In this document: piece by piece, positions 7,533 through 16,412 of the stretch | Layout of the letters: every line of letters begins with the position of its first letter | Numbering within the stretch: the stretch's first letter is position 1 | Assembly (NCBI GenBank): GCA_964364225.1 | Contig: CAYIKP010000005.1 | Coordinates: 1-46,985, forward strand | From: an uncultured Candidatus Saccharibacteria bacterium | GTDB lineage: Bacteria > Patescibacteriota > Minisyncoccia > Phycocordibacterales > Zambryskibacteraceae | Length of the DNA stretch: 46,985 nt | Direction: 5' to 3' | Notes under the pieces: generated by a model | Seen by the model: only the letters and a program-made list of their open reading frames with translations | What the model was told of the DNA's origin: nothing | The model's database searches: none | Translations under genes and position numbers: made by a program

Positions 7533-9072
7533 TTATAGAAAAACCCCGTATTTTAAAGTTGGCAGGTCATCGGAGCTAGCGGGTTCCGACAGATTTTTGT
7601 ATAAAATTTTTGAAATAGTTCCAGGGTTTTTGTCTTGGGGCACCATTGCTTTTTTATTGATTTGTTCATTTTATAAACCAATAATTGCCGCTTATTTCGT
7701 AATATTATTTGACCTTTACTGGTTACTAAAAACGGTTTATTTATCTAATCACAATTTGTATAACTGGAGAAGAATAAAAAATAGTTTAGCTTTGGATTGG
7801 TCTGAAAAGGTTTCTCATTTAAAGTATGAACACATTAGACATTTAGTCATATTTCCTTTTTACGAGGAATCCTTTGAGGTTGTTTCTGAAAGTGTTGAGA
7901 GCATTAAAAGAGCAAATTATGATCATAAAAAAATATTACTGGTTTTGGCATCCGAAGAGAGGGCTGGTGAGACAGCACAAAAAATTGGACAGGATGTAAT
8001 AAAAAAGTTTGAAAATGATTTTGGTGGTCTTTTGTTGACCACTCACCCTAAGGATTTGGAGGGGGAATTGGCTGGAAAAGGATCAAATATTTCTTTTGCT
8101 GCTGAAGTGGCTCGAAAAGATCTATTAGATAAGAATAATATTCCTTATGAAAATGTAATTGTCTCTGCGTTTGATATGGACACAGTAGTTTATAAAGATT
8201 ATTTTCTTTGCCTAGTTTGGTACTTTTTAACAACAGAAAATCCCGAGAAAGCCTCTTTTCAGCCGGTTCCTATTTACAACAATAATATTTGGCAGACAGA
8301 TCCAATTTCTCGCATTGCTGCTTTTTCGAATACTTTTTGGCAAATGATTCAGCAAGAGCGTCCAGAAAAATTAGTAACTTTTTCTTCGCACGCAGTGAGC
8401 TTCAAAGCGCTACTTAGTGTGAATTATTGGCAAACCAATATGGTGTCTGAAGACTCTAGGATCTTTTGGAATTTGTTTTTTGCAAACAACGGAAACTATC
8501 GCGTTGTTCCAATGGCCTATCCTGTTTCCATGGACGCTAATTTCGGCGGTTCTTTTTTTAAGACAATGAAAAATATTTATAAACAACACAGGAGATGGAT
8601 GTGGGGAGCAGAAAATGTGCCTTATATTCTTTTGGGTTGTGTAAAAAATAAGAACATTTCTTTAAGAAAAAAAATTAGCCTAACGCTAGTTCAATTAGAA
8701 GGATATTGGTCTGCTGCCACAAACCCCCTCATAATTTTCCTTCTAGGATGGCTTCCTATTGTCTTAGGTGGTAAGTTTTTTAAAGAAACCGTGCTTTCAT
8801 ACAACCTTCCTGCGATGACAAGAAACTTGATGATAGGGGCTATGTTGGGGCTTATATCGCTTTCAATAATGTCTTACTCACTTTTACCGAAAGATATAAA
8901 AGGAAAGAAAATTACAAAAAAACAAAAATTTATTGCGGTCTTTCAATGGTTGATATTTCCGTTTACAATAATTATCTTCAGCTCATTACCTGCTCTCGAT
9001 GCCCAAACAAGGCTCATGTTTGGAAAGTATATGGGTTTTTGGGTAACACCAAAATATAGAAAAAATGATTAG
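7528..9072 (+). CDS. Membrane-embedded family 2 glycosyltransferase
   Basis: GKGSN, FDMD (DxD), SEDSRI and KQHRRWMWG (QxxRW-like) motifs, flanking TM helices; start placed at ATG 7528 after E1. Confidence 0.88.
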   Translation: MDYRKTPYFKVGRSSELAGSDRFLYKIFEIVPGFLSWGTIAFLLICSFYKPIIAAYFVILFDLYWLLKTVYLSNHNLYNWRRIKNSLALDWSEKVSHLKYEHIRHLVIFPFYEESFEVVSESVESIKRANYDHKKILLVLASEERAGETAQKIGQDVIKKFENDFGGLLLTTHPKDLEGELAGKGSNISFAAEVARKDLLDKNNIPYENVIVSAFDMDTVVYKDYFLCLVWYFLTTENPEKASFQPVPIYNNNIWQTDPISRIAAFSNTFWQMIQQERPEKLVTFSSHAVSFKALLSVNYWQTNMVSEDSRIFWNLFFANNGNYRVVPMAYPVSMDANFGGSFFKTMKNIYKQHRRWMWGAENVPYILLGCVKNKNISLRKKISLTLVQLEGYWSAATNPLIIFLLGWLPIVLGGKFFKETVLSYNLPAMTRNLMIGAMLGLISLSIMSYSLLPKDIKGKKITKKQKFIAVFQWLIFPFTIIIFSSLPALDAQTRLMFGKYMGFWVTPKYRKND

Positions 9073-9925
9073 GCCAATGTCAAAAAAAAGAAGGATGATA
9101 ATGCTAAGCACGCTTATTTTGATATTTTTTGTTGTAGGGCCAGTACTTTTGTTGATGGCATCTGGCTATTCTTTCAAAGAAATAATTTCTCTTACAAAAG
9201 TTAATTTACAAGGAACAGGCGGTATTTACGTTTCTGATATTGGAACTGATACCACTGTTTTTTTGGATAACAAAGAAGTTGGGCGCTCTTCATTTTTAGA
9301 TAGATCTGTATTAGTTCAACAATTAAGTCCCAAAATTCATACCTTGAAAGTACAAAAACCCGGATTCAGGGAATGGACAAAAAAAGTATCTGTTCTACCC
9401 AAGAAGGTGACAGAAATTAATCCAGTTCTTATTGCAGAAAAAGTTTCTTTTGAAAAGATTAATGATAAAAATTCTATTAAATCTATTACAGAAGCATTTT
9501 CAAAAAAGACCGAAGAGGCAATCTCTACTTCTTCTGGAAAAATAGTTTTTGATAATGGAGGGATAGAAGTAAAGATTTTCAGTGAATTAGTGAAATTGAA
9601 ATGGAGTGATATGGATGAAGTGCCTCAATTTATGTGTTTTTATGAAAGATGCGATGATTTTTTGAATATTTCTATTACAGAATCCGTAAAAGATGTTGAG
9701 TGGTTCAAAAATTCTTTTTATGCACTGGTAATTGTTTCTAATGACAGGGTTTATTTGGTTGAACTTGATTCTAGAGAGGGGAGAATAACCACTCTAGTTT
9801 TTACGGCCGCGGATTTTAAAGTAATAACCTTTAATAAACCGCAAGTTGTTTCTTGGAAAGGAAAGATTTACTTAAAGAGTGGTAATAATTTCTACTTATT
9901 AAATTTTGATCCGATATCAGTATAA
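9065..9925 (+). CDS. Membrane-anchored PEGA-like domain protein
   Basis: N-terminal TM, GGIYV...VFLDN...HTLKVQKPGFREWTKKVSV. Confidence 0.7.
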   Translation: MIRPMSKKRRMIMLSTLILIFFVVGPVLLLMASGYSFKEIISLTKVNLQGTGGIYVSDIGTDTTVFLDNKEVGRSSFLDRSVLVQQLSPKIHTLKVQKPGFREWTKKVSVLPKKVTEINPVLIAEKVSFEKINDKNSIKSITEAFSKKTEEAISTSSGKIVFDNGGIEVKIFSELVKLKWSDMDEVPQFMCFYERCDDFLNISITESVKDVEWFKNSFYALVIVSNDRVYLVELDSREGRITTLVFTAADFKVITFNKPQVVSWKGKIYLKSGNNFYLLNFDPISV

Positions 9926-9935
9926 TTAACAACTA

Positions 9936-11084
9936 ATGAAAAATTCATACAAAATACCACTAGACGAACAAAATAGGCTTTTATCAGAGCTTTCAAAAAG
10001 ACAAGATACAGAAAGTGTAAGAATAAAACGTTATCTTGCCATGCCCGATTTATCGAGGACCGAAGGAAGCCCTATAAACACAATGGTAGAGAGCGTGCTT
10101 GCTCGTCCAGAGTTTGATAATTTCGATGTAATAGAAACGCCTGAAGTGGTTCCAGCCAATATAAGTTTTGATTTATTTGATTTTCCATTAGATCACCCCG
10201 CTAGATCAAAATCAGATACTTATTATGTAGACCATAAAAATATACTACGCACTCACACCACAGTTATGTGGTATTACTATTTACAACAAAAAGATGTGAA
10301 GGAACGTATGGCAAAGGGTGAGGGCGTGGGCTGTTTCTCTTTCGGTAAAGTTTATCGTAAAGACGAAATTGATCGCCACCACATGAATGTATTTCATCAA
10401 TTAGATGGATGGTATATTGCCCCCAAAGATAAAGAAGTAATTGGTAAAGAAGAACTTCAAAAAGTTTTAATGTCTATTGCAAAAGCAGTGTTTGGAGAAT
10501 CAGTTGAGGGCAGATTTAATCCTGACACTTTTCCTTATACGGATCCGTCTCTTGAGATGGAAATAAATAAAAATGATAAGTGGACTGAAGTTTTGGGGTC
10601 TGGGGTTGTGAAGGGAAGTGTCTTAGAGAAATTTGGAATTGATTCTACAAAATGGAACGGTTGGGCATTCGGCTTTGGACTTGAAAGACTCGCAATAGTT
10701 TCTATGGAACTTCCCGACATAAGACTTTTATGGTCGGAAGACGAGCGTGTAAAGAAACAATTAATTTTAGGAAATAAATATAAGGAAGTAAGTAAATTTC
10801 CTCCAGTTGTAAGAGACATATCTTTTATTGTTGGAACAGATTTTATTTTGAATGATTATTTTGATGCAATTAGAGATATTGGAGGTGAAGAAGTAGAAGA
10901 AGTTCATCTCCTAGATAAATATGAAAATGCAGAAAAATTTGGCGCGGACAAAACAAGCTATACATTTAGAATTACATATAGAGATATGAACAGAACACTT
11001 ACTAATGAAGAAGTAAACGCAATGCATTCAAAAATTGAGACAATGACTGAAAAAGATTACGAAGGTAAATTAAGACTCGTATAA
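9936..11084 (+). CDS. pheS: Phenylalanine-tRNA ligase, alpha catalytic domain fused to FDX-ACB anticodon-binding domain (organellar-like monomeric type)
   Basis: HPARSKSDTYY, LRTHTT, YRKDEIDRHH..FHQ, GWAFGFGLERLA, then SKFPPVVRDISF...RTLTNEEVN. Confidence 0.9.
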   Translation: MKNSYKIPLDEQNRLLSELSKRQDTESVRIKRYLAMPDLSRTEGSPINTMVESVLARPEFDNFDVIETPEVVPANISFDLFDFPLDHPARSKSDTYYVDHKNILRTHTTVMWYYYLQQKDVKERMAKGEGVGCFSFGKVYRKDEIDRHHMNVFHQLDGWYIAPKDKEVIGKEELQKVLMSIAKAVFGESVEGRFNPDTFPYTDPSLEMEINKNDKWTEVLGSGVVKGSVLEKFGIDSTKWNGWAFGFGLERLAIVSMELPDIRLLWSEDERVKKQLILGNKYKEVSKFPPVVRDISFIVGTDFILNDYFDAIRDIGGEEVEEVHLLDKYENAEKFGADKTSYTFRITYRDMNRTLTNEEVNAMHSKIETMTEKDYEGKLRLV

Positions 11085-11085
11085 T

Positions 11086-11682
11086 ATGGCCCCCATATAC
11101 AGAATAGGGCTTTCGAAAAGCGAAATAAGCCAGAATGCTTTGGAAAAAAGCGGGTTAAAATTTTCTGTGGTAAGGCCTAGAGAAAAGATAGTATCTCTAG
11201 CCGAAAAGTTTCTTGGTGTTCCTTATAAGTTTGGTTCCAGTGTTTTAAATGATAGCCCTAATTCATTTGATTGTTCTTCGTTCACTGCTTATTTATATGT
11301 AGAGGCAGGTATAGCAATACCTAGAATTTGTAATGATCAATACAAATTTGGTGTTGACGCTTATGAAGCGGATGCAAAACCTGGAGATATAGCTTTTTTC
11401 AAAAGTAGCCGAACTGACATAGGGCCAGATGTTGTGGGGCATGAAGGACTATATATTGGAAATGGAGAAATTATTCATGCTGGTGGATTCAGTATGGGTT
11501 ATGGCAAGGTTGTTAAAGAAAAAATTATTGAGTCTAAATATTATCAAACTGGTTTTATGGGATATAAGAGATTAATACTAGATGAATCAGAAAGATTTGT
11601 TATAGAAATCCCTGAGGATAGAATTGATTTAAGAAATAAAGATAGTCTTATAAAAGCAATTAACGATATACTGGATAAATAA
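11086..11682 (+). CDS. NlpC/P60 family cysteine peptidase
   Basis: FLGVPYKFG, FDCSSF, PGDIAFF, GHEGLYIGNGEIIHA. Confidence 0.88.
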   Translation: MAPIYRIGLSKSEISQNALEKSGLKFSVVRPREKIVSLAEKFLGVPYKFGSSVLNDSPNSFDCSSFTAYLYVEAGIAIPRICNDQYKFGVDAYEADAKPGDIAFFKSSRTDIGPDVVGHEGLYIGNGEIIHAGGFSMGYGKVVKEKIIESKYYQTGFMGYKRLILDESERFVIEIPEDRIDLRNKDSLIKAINDILDK

Positions 11683-11683
11683 A

Positions 11684-12241
11684 ATGAAACTCGAAATTCC
11701 ATACCACTCACAGTTTGATGAAATCACTATGCCGGAGTGGAAAAATAGGGGATGTGCAATAGCATGCTTAAAAATGTGTTTAGATTTTACAAAGCCAAAC
11801 GAAATCCCAAGTATTGATAATTTAATAAAAGAAGGGGAATTAATTGGTGGTTATGTAGATAAAATCGGATGGAAACACGAAGCGGTTGTTCGTCTTGCCC
11901 ATAACTATGGTGTAACGGCTTATCCGGAAGAGTTTAGGTCAATAAAGGTGGACATAAACTCAAAAACTTTTTCAGAAAATATTTTAGAGAAAGATTTAAT
12001 CGATAGAGGGATACAAAGAATAAGAGACTCTATAGACAGGAAAGTAGCAGTAATCGTTTCAACATCTACAAAATTAGGGCCGCACCAAGTTGTTGTTGTG
12101 GGCTATGAAGATAATTTGGGAGCAACAACAGGTTTTTTTGTGAACGATCCAGACAATAGAAATAGTGAAAAAAAGGGCGTTTTTGTACCCATTTCTGAGT
12201 TTTTAAATAATTGGCGTAAATTTGCCATTTTTGTCGGCTAG
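11684..12241 (+). CDS. C39-like papain-fold peptidase
   Basis: IPYHSQ, GCAIACLKM, HQVVVVGY, VNDP. Confidence 0.8.
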   Translation: MKLEIPYHSQFDEITMPEWKNRGCAIACLKMCLDFTKPNEIPSIDNLIKEGELIGGYVDKIGWKHEAVVRLAHNYGVTAYPEEFRSIKVDINSKTFSENILEKDLIDRGIQRIRDSIDRKVAVIVSTSTKLGPHQVVVVGYEDNLGATTGFFVNDPDNRNSEKKGVFVPISEFLNNWRKFAIFVG

Positions 12242-12308
12242 TTAAGCCATATTTTTCCACTTTTTATACTTTATTTTTAGGTGTCAATTTGCTATAATTT
12301 GAGTATAA

Positions 12309-14381
12309 ATGGTATCCAAAAGTAAGAAAGATAAGGATGAAAACAAGGCCTCTTCCAAGGGGTCTTATAGCGCGGCCGATATTACCGTTCTAGAGGGCTT
12401 AGAGCCCGTTAGAAAGCGTCCAGGTATGTACATTGGTACAACAGGCCCCGACGGTCTGCACCACCTTATTTGGGAGATTTTTGACAATGGAAGGGATGAG
12501 GCCATGGGAGGATTCGCCAATGATATTGAAGTCGTTCTTCTTCCGGGGAACAGGATTCGTATAGTTGATAATGGTCGCGGCATTCCTGTTGATACCCATA
12601 AACAAACAAAAGTTTCAGCCCTAGAAACTATCATGACCACGCTTCATGCTGGAGGAAAATTTGGCGGGGAAGGTTATAAAGTATCTGGAGGTTTGCACGG
12701 AGTAGGGGCTTCGGTTGTGAATGCACTTTCTGATTTTATGACCGTGATTGTTCACCGTGATGGAGGAAAGTATTTTCAAGAATATTCCAAGGGCAAGAAA
12801 AAAGCAGCAGTTAAAAAACTTGGAGCCTCAAAAGAGCATGGAACTATAGTTACTTTTTCTCCAGACCCAGAAATATTTCAAGAGATTATTTTTGAGTTTA
12901 ATAGAATAGTGCAGCATTTACGCCAACAAGCGTATTTAGTAAAGGGCCTAAGGATTTCAATTATTGATGCTAGAGAGTGGGATGGAAAAATTCCTACTGA
13001 TGAAGTTTTTTATTTAAGGGAGCTTGACTTAGATGTGTCATCACAAACTTTTTATTTTGAAGGTGGTCTTTATTCACTTGTTCGTTTCCAAAACTCTTTC
13101 CAAAAACCGGTTCACAAAAATATTTTTTATGTTGAAAAGAAAACAAACGAATATGAGTCTGTAGAAGTTGCTTTGCAATATGTTGATGATATAAGTTCTC
13201 GCATCTTACCGTTTGCAAACAATATTTATAACGGTGAAGGAGGTACTCATGTAACAGGCTTTAAGACGGCCCTTACCAGAACTTTAAACACGTATGCTAA
13301 AAAGGGAAATGGATCTAAAGATGAAGATAATTTTACGGGGGATGATGTTTTAGAAGGATTGACTGCAGTTATATCGGTGAAACTTCGCGAAGTGCAATTT
13401 GAAGGTCAAACAAAAGCAAAGCTTGGCACCGTTGAGGCACGGGCCGCGGTAGAGAGTGTTTTTGGAGACGCTTTTTCTGCATTCTTAGAAGAACATCCTG
13501 AAGACGGGAGAGCGATAATGGGCAAGGTTCTTTTGGCAATGCGCGCTCGTAAAGCAGCGAAAGCAGCAAAAGATTCCGTGCTACGTAAGGGTGCATTTGA
13601 AGGGATGACTCTTCCCGGGAAATTGGCCGATTGCCAATCATCTTCTGCAGAAGAATCGGAGCTTTTTGTTGTAGAGGGAGATTCAGCTGGTGGTACTGCA
13701 AAGATGGGAAGAGACAGAAGAATTCAAGCCATCCTACCTTTGCGTGGAAAAATTTTGAATATTGAAAGGGCGCGCTTGGACAGAATGCTCGGGTCTGAGC
13801 AAATAAAGAATTTGGTGGTAGCACTAGGAACCGCGATAGGAGACACATTTGATATTTCTAAGCTTCGTTATCACAAAATAATTTTGGCAACAGATGCTGA
13901 TGTTGACGGTGCCCACATTCGCACACTTCTCTTGACACTGCTTTATAGATTTTTCCGTCCACTAATTGATGCGGGTTATGTTTATATTGCTCAACCACCT
14001 TTATATAAAATTAAGATAGGAAAAGAAATAACATACGTTCATTCTCCAGAAGAAAAAGATAAAATCATTGGAAAAAATAACACAGCAGAAATAGAGGAAA
14101 CCTCTGAATCGTTAAGTGATGAAGAGGTTGAAGAAGAAACAGTTGGCAAGGAAGCAAAGAAACCAAAAATTTCGATTCAGCGTTATAAAGGTTTGGGAGA
14201 AATGAACTCTGATGAACTTTGGGAAACCACAATGGATCCTGCACGGAGAATTTTGAAACAAGTGAATATTCAAGATGCACAAGAAGCGGACAAGGTGTTT
14301 GATATTTTAATGGGAACGGATGTACCAGCTAGAAAATCATTCATACAGTCAAACGCAAAATTGGCAAATCTAGATATTTAG
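12309..14381 (+). CDS. gyrB: DNA gyrase subunit B (type IIA topoisomerase B)
   Basis: VRKRPGMYIG, LHAGGKF, GLHGVGASVVNALS, VEGDSAGG, PLRGKILN, DADVDGAHI, QRYKGLGEMN. Confidence 0.93.
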   Translation: MVSKSKKDKDENKASSKGSYSAADITVLEGLEPVRKRPGMYIGTTGPDGLHHLIWEIFDNGRDEAMGGFANDIEVVLLPGNRIRIVDNGRGIPVDTHKQTKVSALETIMTTLHAGGKFGGEGYKVSGGLHGVGASVVNALSDFMTVIVHRDGGKYFQEYSKGKKKAAVKKLGASKEHGTIVTFSPDPEIFQEIIFEFNRIVQHLRQQAYLVKGLRISIIDAREWDGKIPTDEVFYLRELDLDVSSQTFYFEGGLYSLVRFQNSFQKPVHKNIFYVEKKTNEYESVEVALQYVDDISSRILPFANNIYNGEGGTHVTGFKTALTRTLNTYAKKGNGSKDEDNFTGDDVLEGLTAVISVKLREVQFEGQTKAKLGTVEARAAVESVFGDAFSAFLEEHPEDGRAIMGKVLLAMRARKAAKAAKDSVLRKGAFEGMTLPGKLADCQSSSAEESELFVVEGDSAGGTAKMGRDRRIQAILPLRGKILNIERARLDRMLGSEQIKNLVVALGTAIGDTFDISKLRYHKIILATDADVDGAHIRTLLLTLLYRFFRPLIDAGYVYIAQPPLYKIKIGKEITYVHSPEEKDKIIGKNNTAEIEETSESLSDEEVEEETVGKEAKKPKISIQRYKGLGEMNSDELWETTMDPARRILKQVNIQDAQEADKVFDILMGTDVPARKSFIQSNAKLANLDI

Positions 14382-14420
14382 TGCAATATTCTCTCTTGGA
14401 AACTTTAACGAGGAGTGTGA

Positions 14421-14561
14421 ATGTCAGATAAGGGGTTAGCAAAGCAAGAAAAAAATAAGGAAATCCTGTTTTGTACTTGTGATGTAGATCCTGATGAACC
14501 CCATCAAAGCACTTGTCCGTTCAATGAACCTCAGTTAAAGAAAAAAGATGTTACCGAGTAG
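14421..14561 (+). CDS. 46-aa microprotein with CxC...H..C putative metal-binding motif (not in ORF track)
   Basis: AGGAG SD 5 nt before ATG; MSDKGLAKQEKNKEILFCTCDVDPDEPHQSTCPFNEPQLKKKDVTE; terminator-like hairpin overlaps the stop. Confidence 0.6.
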   Translation: MSDKGLAKQEKNKEILFCTCDVDPDEPHQSTCPFNEPQLKKKDVTE

Positions 14562-14640
14562 GCGACATCTTTTTTTGTGCACATTTTTATCAATAAATTG
14601 GTTGTATTATGTATGTAGAAACACTTACCGGAGACAACCA

Positions 14641-14808
14641 ATGACAGTCTATTGTGGTAGGTGTAAGAAACATATCGGAGAGATTTTTCCTTATGACAGA
14701 GAAGGATTGATCCCAGACATCTGTCATGAATGTAAGAAAATCATGGTACAGGAGGTATTGGTAGAGGAAAGAGAAAGAGAAAAAACCCCACAAGAATTCC
14801 GTTGGTAG
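14641..14808 (+). CDS. 55-aa CxxC...CxxC zinc-ribbon microprotein
   Basis: GGAG SD before ATG 14641; CGRC and CHEC; TATTAT -10 upstream. Confidence 0.65.
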   Translation: MTVYCGRCKKHIGEIFPYDREGLIPDICHECKKIMVQEVLVEEREREKTPQEFRW

Positions 14809-14822
14809 TTTTACACAAAAAA

Positions 14823-14855
14823 TATAGGGACCCCCAAAATGGGGTCCCTATTTTT
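14823..14855. terminator. Bidirectional intrinsic terminator
   Basis: atagggacccc-caaaat-ggggtccctat with A/T tracts on both sides, between convergent small ORFs. Confidence 0.8.
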
Positions 14856-14867
14856 CCAACCTCAATC

Positions 14868-15107
14868 CTACTGGACCTCAACCTTGACGAAGATGTCCGC
14901 TGGGTACCACTTTCCATCTTCAAGCTTGATTGCCCAGAAGGCGTCGTCGGTTCCGGCGATGTGTGCAATCTTCGTGCTTTGGACGGTGTGCGCAGAAGCG
15001 GTGGGAATTCTTGCCAACCTTACCAGGGTTCCTGCCGTGAAATGAGGACCATATTCAACGCAGAATCTACGTTCTCCTATCGTTGGAACAACTGCCATCG
15101 TTACCAT
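14868..15107 (-). CDS. Small hypothetical protein (79 aa)
   Basis: GAGG SD before ATG 15107; TTGTAA...TATCTT promoter at the thrS end; ends at the bidirectional terminator. Confidence 0.55.
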   Translation of the reverse strand: MVTMAVVPTIGERRFCVEYGPHFTAGTLVRLARIPTASAHTVQSTKIAHIAGTDDAFWAIKLEDGKWYPADIFVKVEVQ

Positions 15108-15174
15108 CGGTGATGTCCTCATCAGTAAAGGTTGGGACTAAGAAAGATAGCGTATTAATAGAAAATTTACAAGT

Positions 15175-16401
15175 TTACTTTTTATCTGCAATTTCTTTTT
15201 TGAGGTGTTCTATAAAACTATCAATTGTTTTTTCACCAAGTTTTCCACTATCACGAGATTCTATTGAAAGATTATTTGACTCAACTTCTTTATCACCAAT
15301 TACAAGCATATAATTTACTTTTTCAGTTTTTGCATTTCTGACTTTTTTTCCAAGAGTTTCGTTTGAGTCATCTAGTTCTGCACGAATTCCTGCATTCATT
15401 AAATTATCAAAAACATTTTTTGCATATTCTTTATGCGTGTCGGCAACAGTTAAAATTTTGGCTTGTACAGGAGAGAGCCAAAGAGGGAAGGCGCCAGCGT
15501 ATTTTTCTATAAGGAGAGCCATGGTGCGTCCAATGGAACCAATTGAAGAGCGGTGTACCACAAATGCGCGATGCTCTTTTCCATCCTCGCCAATGTAATT
15601 CATATTAAATCTTTCTGGCATACAAAAATCATATTGCACAGTGAATGCAGTGTCCTCTTTTCCGTTTGCGTTTTTCATTTGAACATCAATCTTTGGTCCG
15701 TAAAAAGCTGCATCACCCGCCACCTCTTCAAATTTATAGTCTTTATTTTTTAGAAACTTTCTCATCAAATCCTCACTCTTATCCCACGCATCATTATTTG
15801 TCCCGTATTTTTCCGGATTGTTTCTGTCGCCAAGCGAGAGTTTATACCAATAATCTTTTCCATATTCCAAACCAAAAATACCATTTGCGTATTCAACCAG
15901 CTCTAATGCTTTTCCAATTTCCTCCACTGCTTGTTCTTCCGATGCGCAAACTATATGAGCATCTGAAAGACAGAATTCGCGAGTGCGGATTAAGCCCATT
16001 AATTCACCCGATTGCTCGTATCTATAAAGTTTTGCAAGTTCTGCAATTCTCATTGGTAGTTCACGATATGAGCGTGGTTTTGAAAGATAAAGTTGGAAGT
16101 GGTGTGGGCATGTCATTGGGCGAAGCATGTATTCGTCGTCTTCAATAACAATTGGCGCATACATAGAATCCTTGTAGTAAGGGTAGTGCCCAGATTTTTT
16201 GTAAAGCTCTAAGCGAGCGATGTCTGGAGTTATCACATGTAAATACCCACGTTTTATTTCTTCATCTACAATAAATCTCTCAAGTTCGCGCCTTATGGCT
16301 GCACCTTTCGGCAAATACATAGGTAAACCCTTACCGACAGTTTCGTCAATTATATAAAGCCCCAATTCCTTGCCTAGTTTTTTGTGATCTCTTTCGTCCA
16401 T
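15175..16401 (-). CDS. thrS: Threonine-tRNA ligase lacking N-terminal TGS/editing domains
   Basis: Begins directly at RDHKKLGKEL; RPMTCPHH, YRYEQSG, AAFYGPKID, VHRS, GAFPLWLSPVQ. Confidence 0.95.
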   Translation of the reverse strand: MDERDHKKLGKELGLYIIDETVGKGLPMYLPKGAAIRRELERFIVDEEIKRGYLHVITPDIARLELYKKSGHYPYYKDSMYAPIVIEDDEYMLRPMTCPHHFQLYLSKPRSYRELPMRIAELAKLYRYEQSGELMGLIRTREFCLSDAHIVCASEEQAVEEIGKALELVEYANGIFGLEYGKDYWYKLSLGDRNNPEKYGTNNDAWDKSEDLMRKFLKNKDYKFEEVAGDAAFYGPKIDVQMKNANGKEDTAFTVQYDFCMPERFNMNYIGEDGKEHRAFVVHRSSIGSIGRTMALLIEKYAGAFPLWLSPVQAKILTVADTHKEYAKNVFDNLMNAGIRAELDDSNETLGKKVRNAKTEKVNYMLVIGDKEVESNNLSIESRDSGKLGEKTIDSFIEHLKKEIADKK

Positions 16402-16412
16402 AGAATCCTATA

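Noticed and set aside
14802-15113. Plus-strand ORFs 14802-15113 and 14839-15045
   Set aside because: They start in or before a terminator hairpin; promoter and SD support the minus-strand ORF instead.
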